A stretch of 64,000 bases of DNA from Parasitella parasitica NRRL 2501. Lineage: Eukaryota; Fungi; Mucoromycota. Below are positions 1 through 11,410 of this stretch, one piece after another. Positions within the stretch are counted from its first letter, which is position 1. The number at the start of each line of letters is the position of its first letter. Both the position numbers and the translations under genes were made by a program. The notes beneath the pieces are model-generated. The model did no database searches and was not told where the DNA came from. It worked only from the letters and a program-made list of their open reading frames with translations. The stretch spans positions 1 to 64,000 of the forward strand of contig MU619289.1 in NCBI GenBank assembly GCA_025201805.1, read 5' to 3'.

Positions 1-330
1 TTATTTTTCAATATTTATCATAAATATCAGATATTTGTTCATAACTTGTGCTAAAATGACCGTAGGACCGAGATCTAACTTGGAAAACTTAGCGTTGACT
101 CACCTCTATCTGGAAACAACATTGATATCCATGTTTTTATTGATATCTATAAAATTATCAGATGATATCACAAATTAACATATCAGAATTGCATATAATC
201 AATGATAACCTTCGATAAAGACCAAAATAATTACTGTCTTAGGCGCCATAAGTACAGGCATGATCATCGCTATATGAGCATAACTTGATTTCCACTGGGC
301 GATGTCTCTATCAAAAGTTATCTGCAAAAA
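1..330. repeat. Degenerate dispersed repeat, copy 1 (possible decayed coding relic)
   Basis: 1-137 aligns with 48813-48949 (e.g. gctaaaatgaccgtag..ccgaga.ctaacttggaaaacttagc). About 253-328 aligns with 48731-48806. Confidence 0.8.
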
Positions 331-811
331 CACTTTCGCGTTTTTGGTGTCGGAGTTTGAAATACGATAACATGTGATATGTCGGAGGTGTAAAATAGTT
401 TTTAGTTTTTAAGTGTAGTGAATATTTGCTAGAGCAAATATTTAAATAGTAATATTTTTACGTCTACGAATGCCTTAGCACAGATAATAAGTATTAATAA
501 TTTATCAGTAGTAGGAAGTATATTTTGTAACACCAACCATCTATCTCAAAAAGAGAATCTAACTAATCAATATAGCTTCCAAACCATGTTATCTGCCATT
601 GGAGTCCTCTGACCTGTCTTACAAAAGTTATGTGTAAGAATAGTTCTACACCTTTGTTGCTATTAGCCTCATCCGATGGCACTTGGATTGTGTCTTTCAA
701 AATTGTATATGAATTTTAAAATGTTGATTTAACCTGGTTTGAGAAGGGAAGCAAAATGAATTTTATTCAAAAAATAATCAAGGAAGTCATTCATCACGCT
801 GAGGTGTATTC

Positions 812-2074
812 TTACAGTGTAGGTGATACCACTGCTGATAGTGGTGGATTTATTTGCTGTTGTTGTTGAACCTTATTATCCTCCCATGAAATAACTTTAC
901 CGCTCTTAAGTCTTTCAATAGCCTTTCCAACGTTTTCAATGTGCATTTCTAACGGTAAATAATCAGGCACCAAAATAGGAGCAACTACCTGAGCTCTCAA
1001 TTCTTCCAGGTCCATTTGAAAAGCTTCCATTCTGTCCAACATGATCATCAACTGTTGAGCAGCTTTACTTCTTTCAGCATCAAAGTTCAGCAGCAAATCC
1101 AGATTTTCTTTTACAAGGGATCGTCTTACACCCTTTCCTCTCACCATATTGATCAAATTTGCTAAAATATGCGGCTTTTCAGATTTTTGGTACGTCTTTT
1201 CTTGTACCGAAATTTCATGAATGGCGTATAAGTCTTCTTCTAATAAAGCAAGCGATGTTTGTGCTTTTTCAATAGCCAAGATCAATCGTTTCGCTTCTTT
1301 TTCTACTAACGTCATGGCATGTTCGTAAAGTGCTCGTAGGTCTTGTCGGCTAGACTTTTTTGTCTCTACATCTGAAAGTTTGCGAAATGTAAATGTGTTG
1401 TATGTAATCAGATTGTCGATGACACCTTTGGTTTGTGCTTGCAAGCTTTGAATGTCTCGACCAAAACGCCGAGAACGGACAATATAGTCTCCAAGTTTCG
1501 CTTCGAGTAAATCATGCATGAGGAGGTTGGAGAATTTGATCATGGCTTGCAAATCGCGTGTTGCCAGCTCGACTTGCTTGAGTTCTAGTGCCGAAATAGA
1601 ATCAGCACTGTTTTGTGATAGCATGCCGTCATATAAATTCTCTTGTAGTCTGACGAAATGTGTGAAATCAGGTAACGCTTGGATATAGTTTTTACAAACT
1701 GGTAAATGGGATCCAATTAGTGGCATAGGACAAACCGTATCTAATACTAGGTCTTGAAATCTTTGATATCCAAAACTTATTAATCCCAGCAGTATAGCAA
1801 CTGCACCCAAGAGGGAAATGACAGGTTTTAATATTATCAATGCGCCCATGAAAACGTCTAAAAGTACTGTAAATGAATGGAAAAAAGAATGGGGAAAATA
1901 GAGAATGTAGTTACCAAATAGATATCCAAGAACAAAAGAAAAAGCATTAATAGGATCTTGATTGTTCTCAGGTGTACTAAGTGTATTTAATTGTGATTGC
2001 TGATGTTGATGTTGGTGTTGGTGTTGACTTGCTCTAGTCAGGAGAGATTTATTTTTACTTTTACGGGTTGTCAT
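812..2074 (-). CDS. Uncharacterised membrane-anchored coiled-coil protein (420 aa)
   Basis: Intronless long ORF; hydrophobic segments near aa 43-103, a Cys pair (CPMPLIGSHLPVC), then long heptad-rich helices. Confidence 0.75.
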   Translation of the reverse strand: MTTRKSKNKSLLTRASQHQHQHQHQQSQLNTLSTPENNQDPINAFSFVLGYLFGNYILYFPHSFFHSFTVLLDVFMGALIILKPVISLLGAVAILLGLISFGYQRFQDLVLDTVCPMPLIGSHLPVCKNYIQALPDFTHFVRLQENLYDGMLSQNSADSISALELKQVELATRDLQAMIKFSNLLMHDLLEAKLGDYIVRSRRFGRDIQSLQAQTKGVIDNLITYNTFTFRKLSDVETKKSSRQDLRALYEHAMTLVEKEAKRLILAIEKAQTSLALLEEDLYAIHEISVQEKTYQKSEKPHILANLINMVRGKGVRRSLVKENLDLLLNFDAERSKAAQQLMIMLDRMEAFQMDLEELRAQVVAPILVPDYLPLEMHIENVGKAIERLKSGKVISWEDNKVQQQQQINPPLSAVVSPTL

Positions 2075-2296
2075 TGATTGCAGAATAAAATAGTAACCAA
2101 AATTTGGAGAAAAAAAGTCATCACCTTTTCTAAACTGCTACATGCACTAGCCATATGAAGAAGTGATGCAGACATTAGAACATAATTATGCATGATTGAC
2201 TTAGGTATAAAAATTTGGTAAGAATGTTTATTTTAATTTACAAGAAAAAAGATAGATTTAAATAATAAAAAGACAGTGTTTTAGATTTCTAGATGA

Positions 2297-2429
2297 TTAA
2301 TAATTGTTTGTTCCAAAACGCAGGTAAAAGTTGACAACAAGAGCAGCAACCAATAAGAGACAGAGAACAGCAGGACCCCAAAGATCATCATAGCGACCCT
2401 CATCACGATGGTTAATCATNNNNNNNNNN

Positions 2430-2493
<64 letters not shown>

Positions 2494-4783
2494 AGCATAA
2501 AATTAAGCTATAAACGTAAATTGAACATACCAGGCACGTTTCTCGAATCTATACAATGCATAGATTGCAATTGCAGCGGACAAACCAATAAAAACACCAC
2601 CCACTATACGGGATACGTTATCACCAAAATTGAGCAAATTCAATGCAACAGTCAGCAACAAGGCACAGAATTGAAGCCAAGCAATAAAGGTACGCTCATT
2701 AGCAAAGAAAGTTTTAGGTTCCACTCTGACCTTGACTTTGGCTCGTTTTTTACCGTCATTGGCTTCCAAATCATCCATGTCCATGGCCTCAACTGGGGTG
2801 CCAAGTTGTTTCTTGAATACAATTTCATTTGAAGGAGGCATGAGACGACCTGAGCTACCATTGATATTTTCGCCTGGAGCGGAATAGAACTTGGTAATAG
2901 GCGCAGGTGGACTCAAATCTGATTGACTGAATCGTTGATTATTATTAGGAGACCTATCGCGTGGTAATGGAGGCTGAACCTTGGAGTTCAGCTCAACCAA
3001 CGTGAATTCATCCGTTCTTGTGCTATTGCTGCTAACGTTATTGGTAGGTCTCCATAGGGCGGCAGTCTTTTCATCCACCTCGACTGATCTTCTTCTGTTT
3101 AGTTCCTGAGTATTTTTCTTATCTAAAGCAGGTAAAGGAGGGACACCATTGTTATTGATGACAGCTTCTTTATTCTTGCGTTCTTTGTCTTCAATCATAG
3201 CACGGCGATAACGGCCATCGATCAAGGGCTTGAAACTGCGAGAACGAGTTAAACCAATGTTTTCAGCACGAGGTTTACGAATATCAACATTCATTTCGGA
3301 CAGCCACCAAGGCAACAACGGGAGTCTATCCTTGAAGAAATGGCAAGCACCATGGAGATATTTTGAAAAGCGAGGGACTTCATGTACTAAATGACCTTCA
3401 ATAAGAGAGGTTAACCAAGCAGGAGGTTCTTGGCCTAGATGAGTTTGGAGTTTAGTTTCCAAGACTGCATAAGGGAAACGCAGGATTTCATGATCTTTGA
3501 GGTAAGGGAAAGGATTATCAATGCCAACATCTGTACGTCTCCAGTTGTTATTTTGTCTGCGACTAACACCGTCTAAATGATCTTCGCGGATAAAGGTAAG
3601 GTCCGTATCTAATGAAATACGCAGCTTTTGAGAATCAGGCAGCTGGAAAGCAGTTCTGTTGTAGAATACGCGTAATACAGGATCCAACTTCTTTTCCTTG
3701 AACGACGTTTGTACACCGGAACCAATAAAATGGGTATCCTTAATGATGGATTCTTCTGTTCCTTTTTTGCGCAATTCATCGGCAATTTGGTCAGCAGTGT
3801 ATTTACCAGAGACAAAATCATTAACTTGGTCTTCATTAATACGGAACCTATCTTTGACGGAAGCACCATCTAACCAGACAGCATGGTGGGTCTTTCTTTC
3901 AATAAAGACATTCTTGGAGTTGTAAAGGCCGTACCTGATTTTAAGACAAGTATTAATTTGTTTGGCTGATTTCTGAATTATACATTACTGATACATACCA
4001 TCTGAATCGGATAGCTTCGGCCATCTCGTCTCTTTGGAGTCTTCCAGTATACAAATCGAAATTGGGATTATCGAAATAAATGCTAGACACAGCTGAATCA
4101 GAAGCTTCGAATTTTTTGGCCTTGTTGAAAATGAGCACAGGCAAATGGAGCATAATGATAGCTTTGACTTCAGTAATGTTGTCAGGATGGATCCAGTATT
4201 TGGCAGTAGCTCTTTCAAATGCGTTTTGGTCACCGCCGGAAGCACTGTTACCAGGAGATTGCTTGCCTCTGTTGCGGCAAATATCATGAAGAGCGGAAAT
4301 GTATACGATGGCAACGTCAAATCTCTGCTTGTCCAATGGTTTGTCTCTCAATTTCGCGACAAAAGTCTGTTTCAGATCTAAGCCTGTCCATTTGTCATGC
4401 TTCTTGAGCAATTTCTGTATAGCAGTAAAGTTGATACGAGTGAACTTTGATAAATCATTGACATCAAACAAGATGTCCGTTAATGCTTCGTCCATTATAC
4501 TGTAATTTTCGTCTGATTTCATTGTTGGGTTTTTTTGAAGTGTCTGGATTGTACGTTCGCAGTAGAGAATTCTTGCATCAATCTCTGATAATTTTGCATT
4601 GACAAAATCATAGACTTTGGATAGTTCATTGTCGAGCAAATCGATGAAGTCATTTTCATCTCTGTTTGTCCAGCCATGATCTAATTGTCGAGTCTTTAAT
4701 TCTTGTTTCAAGATGTCATAAGCAACGTAGGATAGTCTCCAAGGTGGAAATATATTTTCTCGTAATTCAAGACCGTATTTCAT
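2297..4783 (-). CDS. VTC4: Vacuolar transporter chaperone / polyphosphate polymerase, paralog A (SPX + VTC + DUF202, about 770 aa)
   Basis: Exons 4783-3999, 3934-2531 and about 2420-2297 (last acceptor falls in an N gap). Motifs: [77 protein letters not shown]. Confidence 0.93.
2420..2491. repeat. N gap plus poly(dA) tract within VTC4-A intron 2
   Basis: 10 N followed by about 62 A; the tract length is unreliable. Confidence 0.9.
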
Positions 4784-5459
4784 TTCTCAAGGGGTTATAA
4801 AATAAGAAGAAAATGAAAGTAAAAGAAAAAAGAAGAAAAAGAAAATGAGAATAAAGGTATCGTATTATTATTATTCTGATGTATCACAGTATCAGTTTAA
4901 AAAGGGAATAGGGGATATCAAAAAATAATAAATCAATGGACTATTTATAAATATTTTTGCGTGTAAACCCAAGGAAGATCTTTCCATTTTGTTAATGTGG
5001 AAGGAGCAGATCGCCACACTAGAAAATAATGCCTTTTATCCTCATTGTTTCTCTGTGTTCCTTTATTTTTTCTCTTATTATTAAATTCATATTGTCTCTT
5101 GTTTCTTGTCTCTTTGCTTTCTCCCCACACCAAAGTCTGCTAAATCGTTTAAAATGTAAACAGGTGAATGTGAGTATGGTTGCATGGTATCACTACTGTG
5201 TAACCCTATCAGATGGTGTTGTGTGTTGGGCACCGGATATCACGCTTCTTTCCTAAAATAACCTTTTCTTTACAATATTCTGGTTGGCCGCATTACATTG
5301 GGCTTGTACTGTTGATATCATTTTTCTGATGGTAAATATACAAACAACTTCAGCCCTCTCAACTATTGCTATTTTACTCAGCTTTCTAGTCAAAGGCTAA
5401 GCTTTTTAACCTACTGATTACATCAAAATCTGTCAGAGTTACGTGTAAAAAACCCCAAG

Positions 5460-5525
<66 letters not shown>
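5460..5525. repeat. Poly(dA) tract (66 nt) between VTC paralogs A and B
   Basis: Direct reading of the sequence. Confidence 0.9.
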
Positions 5526-5527
<2 letters not shown>

Positions 5528-6298
5528 AATCAAAGAATAAATCTGGTTTTTCCTGTTCATTGATGAAAAAAAAGTACCTCCTGCATTGAAGTATTGTATA
5601 CCAATCCTATATGATGGAATATATACCCCTTTATTTATTTCTTGCACTTGTTTTCAAATGCTGAGAGAAATTTCTTACAAATAAACAGCGAACATTGTGT
5701 AACAATTGATCACTGTTTTAACCATCATTACATTTTGTACTTTGCAAATTATCCTTCATGGCAACCGTTCATTTTTTGTTCCTGGTTACCATAGCAACGA
5801 TTAATGAAACAAAGAGTGGAATAAAATCAATGTGAATAATCAAACAAAATTAGATTGAATTATATTTAGCTCTATATACAAAACTGATTATTACACACAG
5901 AATAAATAGATCTGGTTACATTTGTTGAAAAAGCCAGGTATCATCATATTTAAAGATGGCCCCCAACCATATAATGCTAATTGTGGCGGGTTACATTTGA
6001 GTACAAAGCTCAACTTGAATGTATATATAACAGAGGAGCTTGGCGTATTCAGCAACTCATATGCGTTACCATTAAAGAAAGTCAGGAATACTCAACAGGC
6101 TTCATTACTTTGTATTACATTGCATATTGTTTAAAAAAAAATCCGTGGTTGAGCAACCCAACTGAATTTATGCTAATAATTGACATTCACGAATCATTGG
6201 AAGTGTAGGCCTTTCTTTTGTACGTATGTATTTATATATATTTATATGATGGGTCTCTTTTTTTTTTTTTTTTTTTTTTTTTAAAGATGAAGAAAGAG

Positions 6299-8591
6299 TT
6301 AAGCTTCATCAGGATCATCCTCATCTTCTTCTTCAACTGGTACTAATTTGCCATGTTTGTTCAGCATTGTCCCATTTGGGAAAATTTGATGTGAGCCGTG
6401 TACGAGTGTTGTGTTTGAAGCAGTGGTGTTGTAGGAAAATAGACTCGGATTTGTTGGTAGTGGCTGGCTTACTCGTAACCCCAAATTAACAATTAGTGCG
6501 ATAACTAGCACAAAACACAAGACGGCAGGGCCATAAATATCGTCAAACCTTGAATCACCTCTAAATCTGATTTGCCAAGCTCGGTACTGGAATCTTAATT
6601 GCGCATAACCGGCCAAAAGGATTGCTACCACAATAAAGAATGCGCCACTTCCTCTAGATATGTGGTCACCAAAGTTGACCAAGCCCAAAGAAACAGACAG
6701 CAGTAAAGCGCTGAATTGCAGCCATGAAATAAACGTGCGTTCATTTGAAAAGAATAGCTTGGGCTCAACCTTTTTGTTGCTGAGCTTGCCCTTCTTGGGC
6801 ATGACTTGTTGCTTTGGCTGGGGTGGTAGTGTGTATAATGTCTGGTCGTTGGTTATTTTTCTATACACCCAGGATAACAAGCCAATATGATGCTCATCTT
6901 TTTTTGTGTCTGCATCATCATCTTGAGTAATTTGCTTGATTTTAATCATGATGGAACTATTGAGGAATTTATCATAGGCTGATGCTGCTGTTTCCTGTTG
7001 TTGCTGAAGTTGCTCCTGCTCTGGTAATTGCCGTTTATTTGGCATATACTGGACATGGCTATTATCAATCATGGTGCACGAAGAAGCGCGCTGACTATAA
7101 ATCTTCTCTTTGTCTACGTACGCATCATCTTCTTCATCATATTCTTTAGATCTCTTTGGCAAGGCGGTTCCAGATGCTGCAACAGTAAAGTAATCTGGTG
7201 AGTAATCTGGCTCAACTACAGTACATCCTTGCTCGGAAGAGGGGAGCATAGCTGCATGGCTTGATTTTCTTCTGATATCGACATCCATTTCACTCAACCA
7301 CCAGGGAAGCATGGGCAATTGTTTCCGGTAAAAATAGGAGGCGCCATGTAAGTATTTAGAGAAATAAGGCACTTCATACACCAATTGACTTTCTACAAGT
7401 TGATTTAACCATTCAGGGGTGGAGGTAAACGAGGTGGCATCTCCTCCAGAAAATTTCGTTTCGAGCACTGCATAAGGGAAGAAATAGACTTCGTCTTTGG
7501 TTAAATGATCAAACGGATAACTCTCTCCAATATCGTTTCTTCTCCACGTTGGTCCCAGTTCCTTCATGAATGCCACTTGGGTATCGAGTGAAACTCGAAA
7601 ATGAGATTGTCCCTGTTGATACGTAGTGCGGTGATGATAGCAACGCAGGGTGGACTTTAGATTTTGCTGATGCATCGATTGATATATGCTGGAGGCTAGT
7701 TCATTTGAGGATGCACCATGGCATTGGCCATGCGCCATGTAATTATTAGCTTGAGGGAGCTTCATGGAGAATCTGTCCTTGACAAATAATCCTTTGTTGT
7801 GTAGCCATGATTCGTGGTGTATCTTTTTTTCAAAGTAAATGTCTGTAGCGTCGGATATCAGACCATACCTAGGGAAATGTTGTTATTCATATGCCAGCGC
7901 ACATATTGAGTGATTACGCAGATGCTTACCATTTGGCTCTTATAGTCTCTGCTGACACGTTTCTTTCAAGTACATTGGAATATAAAGGAAAATGATTAGG
8001 ATTGTCGAAATAGATAGTGCTGGATGCATTCTTGTTTACGATAGGCATGTAAAACAGAAGCAATGCTTGCACTTCTGTTAAATTATCTGGATGGACCCAA
8101 TACTTTGTGGTTGTTATTTTTTCAGCAGCAGCGGCTGTAGCATTAGATAGTTCTATAATTTTAGGGAAACTGTGTAGTATCTCGTTCAGGTTTGTTATAT
8201 GCGAGTCGAATTGTGATGAGATGCTGCAGAATCGTGCGCTTAATTGCAAGTTGGTATATGTGTGTTTATCGTGCTTTTTCAAGATCTTTTGGAAACCAGT
8301 GGCATTCAAGCGAGTAAAATTAATCAGATCACTGATCTTTTGCCGAATATCCTGCTCTGATTCCTGCTGTATAAGCGATCGGATCTGCTTGACTTTGAGG
8401 TAGATGAATCCGTTTACTTTGTTCAATTCATCGATCAGTAGTTTCTCTGAAAAATAGTTTTCATCCTGAATCGTCCATCCACTAGGTTTGAGCTGCTGCT
8501 CTTTTAAAAAGTACTTTAATTGGCTATATTGTATGTATTCATTTCTCCATGGAGGAAATCTGTGCTGTTCAAGATATTGACCGAATTTCAT
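6299..8591 (-). CDS. Divergent VTC4-like paralog B (SPX + VTC + DUF202 + luminal tail, about 743 aa)
   Basis: Exons 8591-7930 and 7868-6299 (GT-AG intron 7869-7929). Motifs: MKFG, KILKKHDK, TTKYW, IRAKWYG, VLETK, YFSKYLHG, KLFFSNERTF. Confidence 0.9.
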
Positions 8592-9093
8592 GATTTATTG
8601 TACTTTGTAAGAGAAAAAGGGAGAGAAAAAAGAAGAAAAGGTGAAAAATTGATGTTCATTGTTTCCATTACTAAACAAATGTAACAATCAGATCATCTCC
8701 CCCTCCTTCTCCAAACTGTAGAACTCAATAGTTTTATCACATTCACGTTTATTTTTTTATAATTGGTTTAAATCAAGGGTCAAAACAAGGGGTTCTTTTT
8801 TCAATGATACTTGAAGGGATAAGAAGGGGTCTACGAGAGGAGTTAGTCTGAAAAGATTATTTATGGTAATGGTGCATGTATATTTATGTAGGAAGCGTAG
8901 ACACAGCTTTGTTAGAATTTATAAAGCATATAGTATACTTGATGTATTTCAATATGCACCTTTGAAGAATCTATATCGAGTATACCGAGATCAGATTTTT
9001 TTTTCCAAATAGCAGTAGTACATTTATTTGCAAATGGCAATTGCGCTGCATGTCGCACTATAAATGTCAAAATCGCTTTATTATATACTAAAA

Positions 9094-11410
9094 TCAAAAA
9101 TCACCATCAACACTATCGGCCGTTGCAGCTACGGCAGCATCTTCTTGGTGATAAGATGACGACAATGTGTCAGCACGCAAGTAAAAGTTGATAATAAGAG
9201 CAGTTACTATCAATATACATAAAACCGTAGGCCCCCACACATCATCATATCGAACAATCTGTTTGTTGGTTCTGAGTTGCCATGATCGAATTTGGAATCT
9301 TGCTAAGGCATAGCTAGATATATTGGAAAGAATTAGCCAGTATGTTTTGCAAATAAGCCGCTTAAACTTACAGTGATAGCAGAGATGCAATAATAATAAA
9401 TACAGCACCAATAATCCGGGATATATGATCACCATTATTCAATAGATTTAGAGCAACAGTTAATAGCAGAGCACAAAACTGCAGCCATGAGATAAACGTG
9501 CGTTCGTTGGCAAAGAATGTCTTTGGCTCAGTCTTTTTCATCTGGCCTTTGGAGAACTTTTCTGGGCTGCTGCGACTACGAGGCAGTACAGGCACTTCCT
9601 TCTTGCCATCCTTCTTGATTGCAGAGGAAAACTGCGCAGAGGTAGGAGTAGTGCCATAATTCCAAATGCGAGAGAGGATATCCTTGCCGTTGTTGTTGGG
9701 ATGCTGATGGTCTACTCCTGTGTCCAACAGATTGATCGATAGATGCGGCTTTTCTTGGCGTAGTTTGATGTTTTGACTAATGACACGCAAGTCGCCGAGG
9801 CTTTTACTCTTGGTAAACGAGTCTTTCCCTTTTCTGCTTCCCTTTAATTCCTTCTCGTACATCATGAGCAAGGATTGTCGGTGATGACCATTGACCAATG
9901 GCTTGAAGCTCATTGAACGCGAGAGACCTACATTAGCTACGGGTTCTTTTCTAATGTCTTGATCAAATTGAGCCAACCAGTAAGGATGGATAGGGACTTG
10001 CTTCTGGAACAACATGGATGCGCCATGCAAGTATTTTGAGAATCGAGGTACTTCGTGCACAAGATGGGATTCGATAAGGGCCGTGAGCCAAGCAGGACTC
10101 TCTTGGCCTAGATGTGTCTGCAGCTTGGTTTCTAAAATAGCATAGGGAAACCTTGAAATGTCCTTGTCTGGCACATAACGGAAGGGATAATCAATGCCAA
10201 CGTCTGTTCTTCTCCAATGCTGTGGTTTCTTTCGGCACCCGTCCTCTCGGATGAACGTTAGATTGGAATCTAAACTGATGCGCAACCGTTGATCACCTGG
10301 CAATTGAAAGGCTGTACGATTGTAGAATACACGACACATAGGTGTTAACCGGCGATTCTTGACAGACCTCTGCACTCCAGAAGCAATAAATCGGCTCTCT
10401 TCGACCGTGGCTACCGATTCAGCAGAGCTCTTTTTGCTGCTTCGAAGGTCTTCTGCAAACTGATCTGCTGTGTATTTACCAGCCAAGAACAGATCTACTT
10501 GAGGTTCCTTGAGTCTGAAGCGATCTTTGACAGACTTGCCTTGGAGCCAGGCAGCCTTATGTGTCTTTCTTTCTACGTAGACATTGTTGCTGTCTTGATT
10601 CAATGGGCCATACCAACGCAGACGAATGGCTTCAGCACCGTCTTCTCGGTTTAGTCTTTCTGAATATAAATCAAAGTCCTTGTTATCAAAATAAACGCTA
10701 GACACAGCCATGTCTTCTTCCTCGTATTGCTTTTTTTGATTGAATACATGCACAGGCAAATGAAACAAAATAATAGATTTGACTTCTGTGATGTTTTCAG
10801 GATGAATCCAGTATTTAGCAGTAGCACGCTCAAAAGCCGTTTGGTCTCCACCTTGACTGTAAGCTTGTTCTTGGGATCGAGGATTACCATGCAGATAACA
10901 AACGTCATGTAATTCCGAAATCTTGACAATCAAAACATCAAACTGTAGAGAGAGTTTATCCAAAGGCCATTGCTGTGACATAGATTGGCGATAGACGCTT
11001 TGCAAATCGAGCTTTGTATAACGATCATGTTTCTTCGTGATCTTTTCAAAGCCTGTGGCGTTCAATCGCAGAAATTTGGCAAGATCGTTGATATCAAACA
11101 AGATCTCTGTAAACATGTCTGCTAATGCGTCAAACTTCTTTTTGTTACTACTACTACAGTTTACGAGTTGATTTAATGCTACTTGGCCTTGATCAGCACG
11201 TTGCTTTATGGCTTTTAATTGCGTTTCGGTAAATCGATATACTTTGGCAAGCTCAGATTCCAGCTTGCGACTGATGTCCATTTCATCAGACTTGGTCCAT
11301 CCATGATCGAGTTGACGTCGCTTCATTTCCATCTTAATTTGGTTATAGACTAGATAAGATGAACGCCATGGTTCGTATATCTTGGATTCGAGATGTACAC
11401 CAAATTTCAT
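9094..11410 (-). CDS. VTC4: VTC4-like paralog C (SPX + VTC + DUF202, about 752 aa)
   Basis: Exons 11410-9372 and 9313-9094 (intron 9314-9371). Motifs: [69 protein letters not shown]. Confidence 0.92.

Noticed and set aside
2420-2491. Long poly(A) runs (also 5460, 28174, 39569) as retroposon tails
   Set aside because: No target-site duplications or element bodies. Two runs abut N gaps, so their lengths may be assembly artefacts.
5423-5647. Poly-Phe ORF
   Set aside because: It is a translation of the poly(dA:dT) tract with no other coding signal.
8744-8749. CACGTT Pho4-like site upstream of VTC paralog B
   Set aside because: A single hexamer is expected by chance, and I saw no matching CACGTG/CACGTT cluster upstream of A or C.
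9368-9435. Apparent frameshift or pseudogene in VTC paralog C
   Set aside because: Explained by a canonical 58-nt GT-AG intron.
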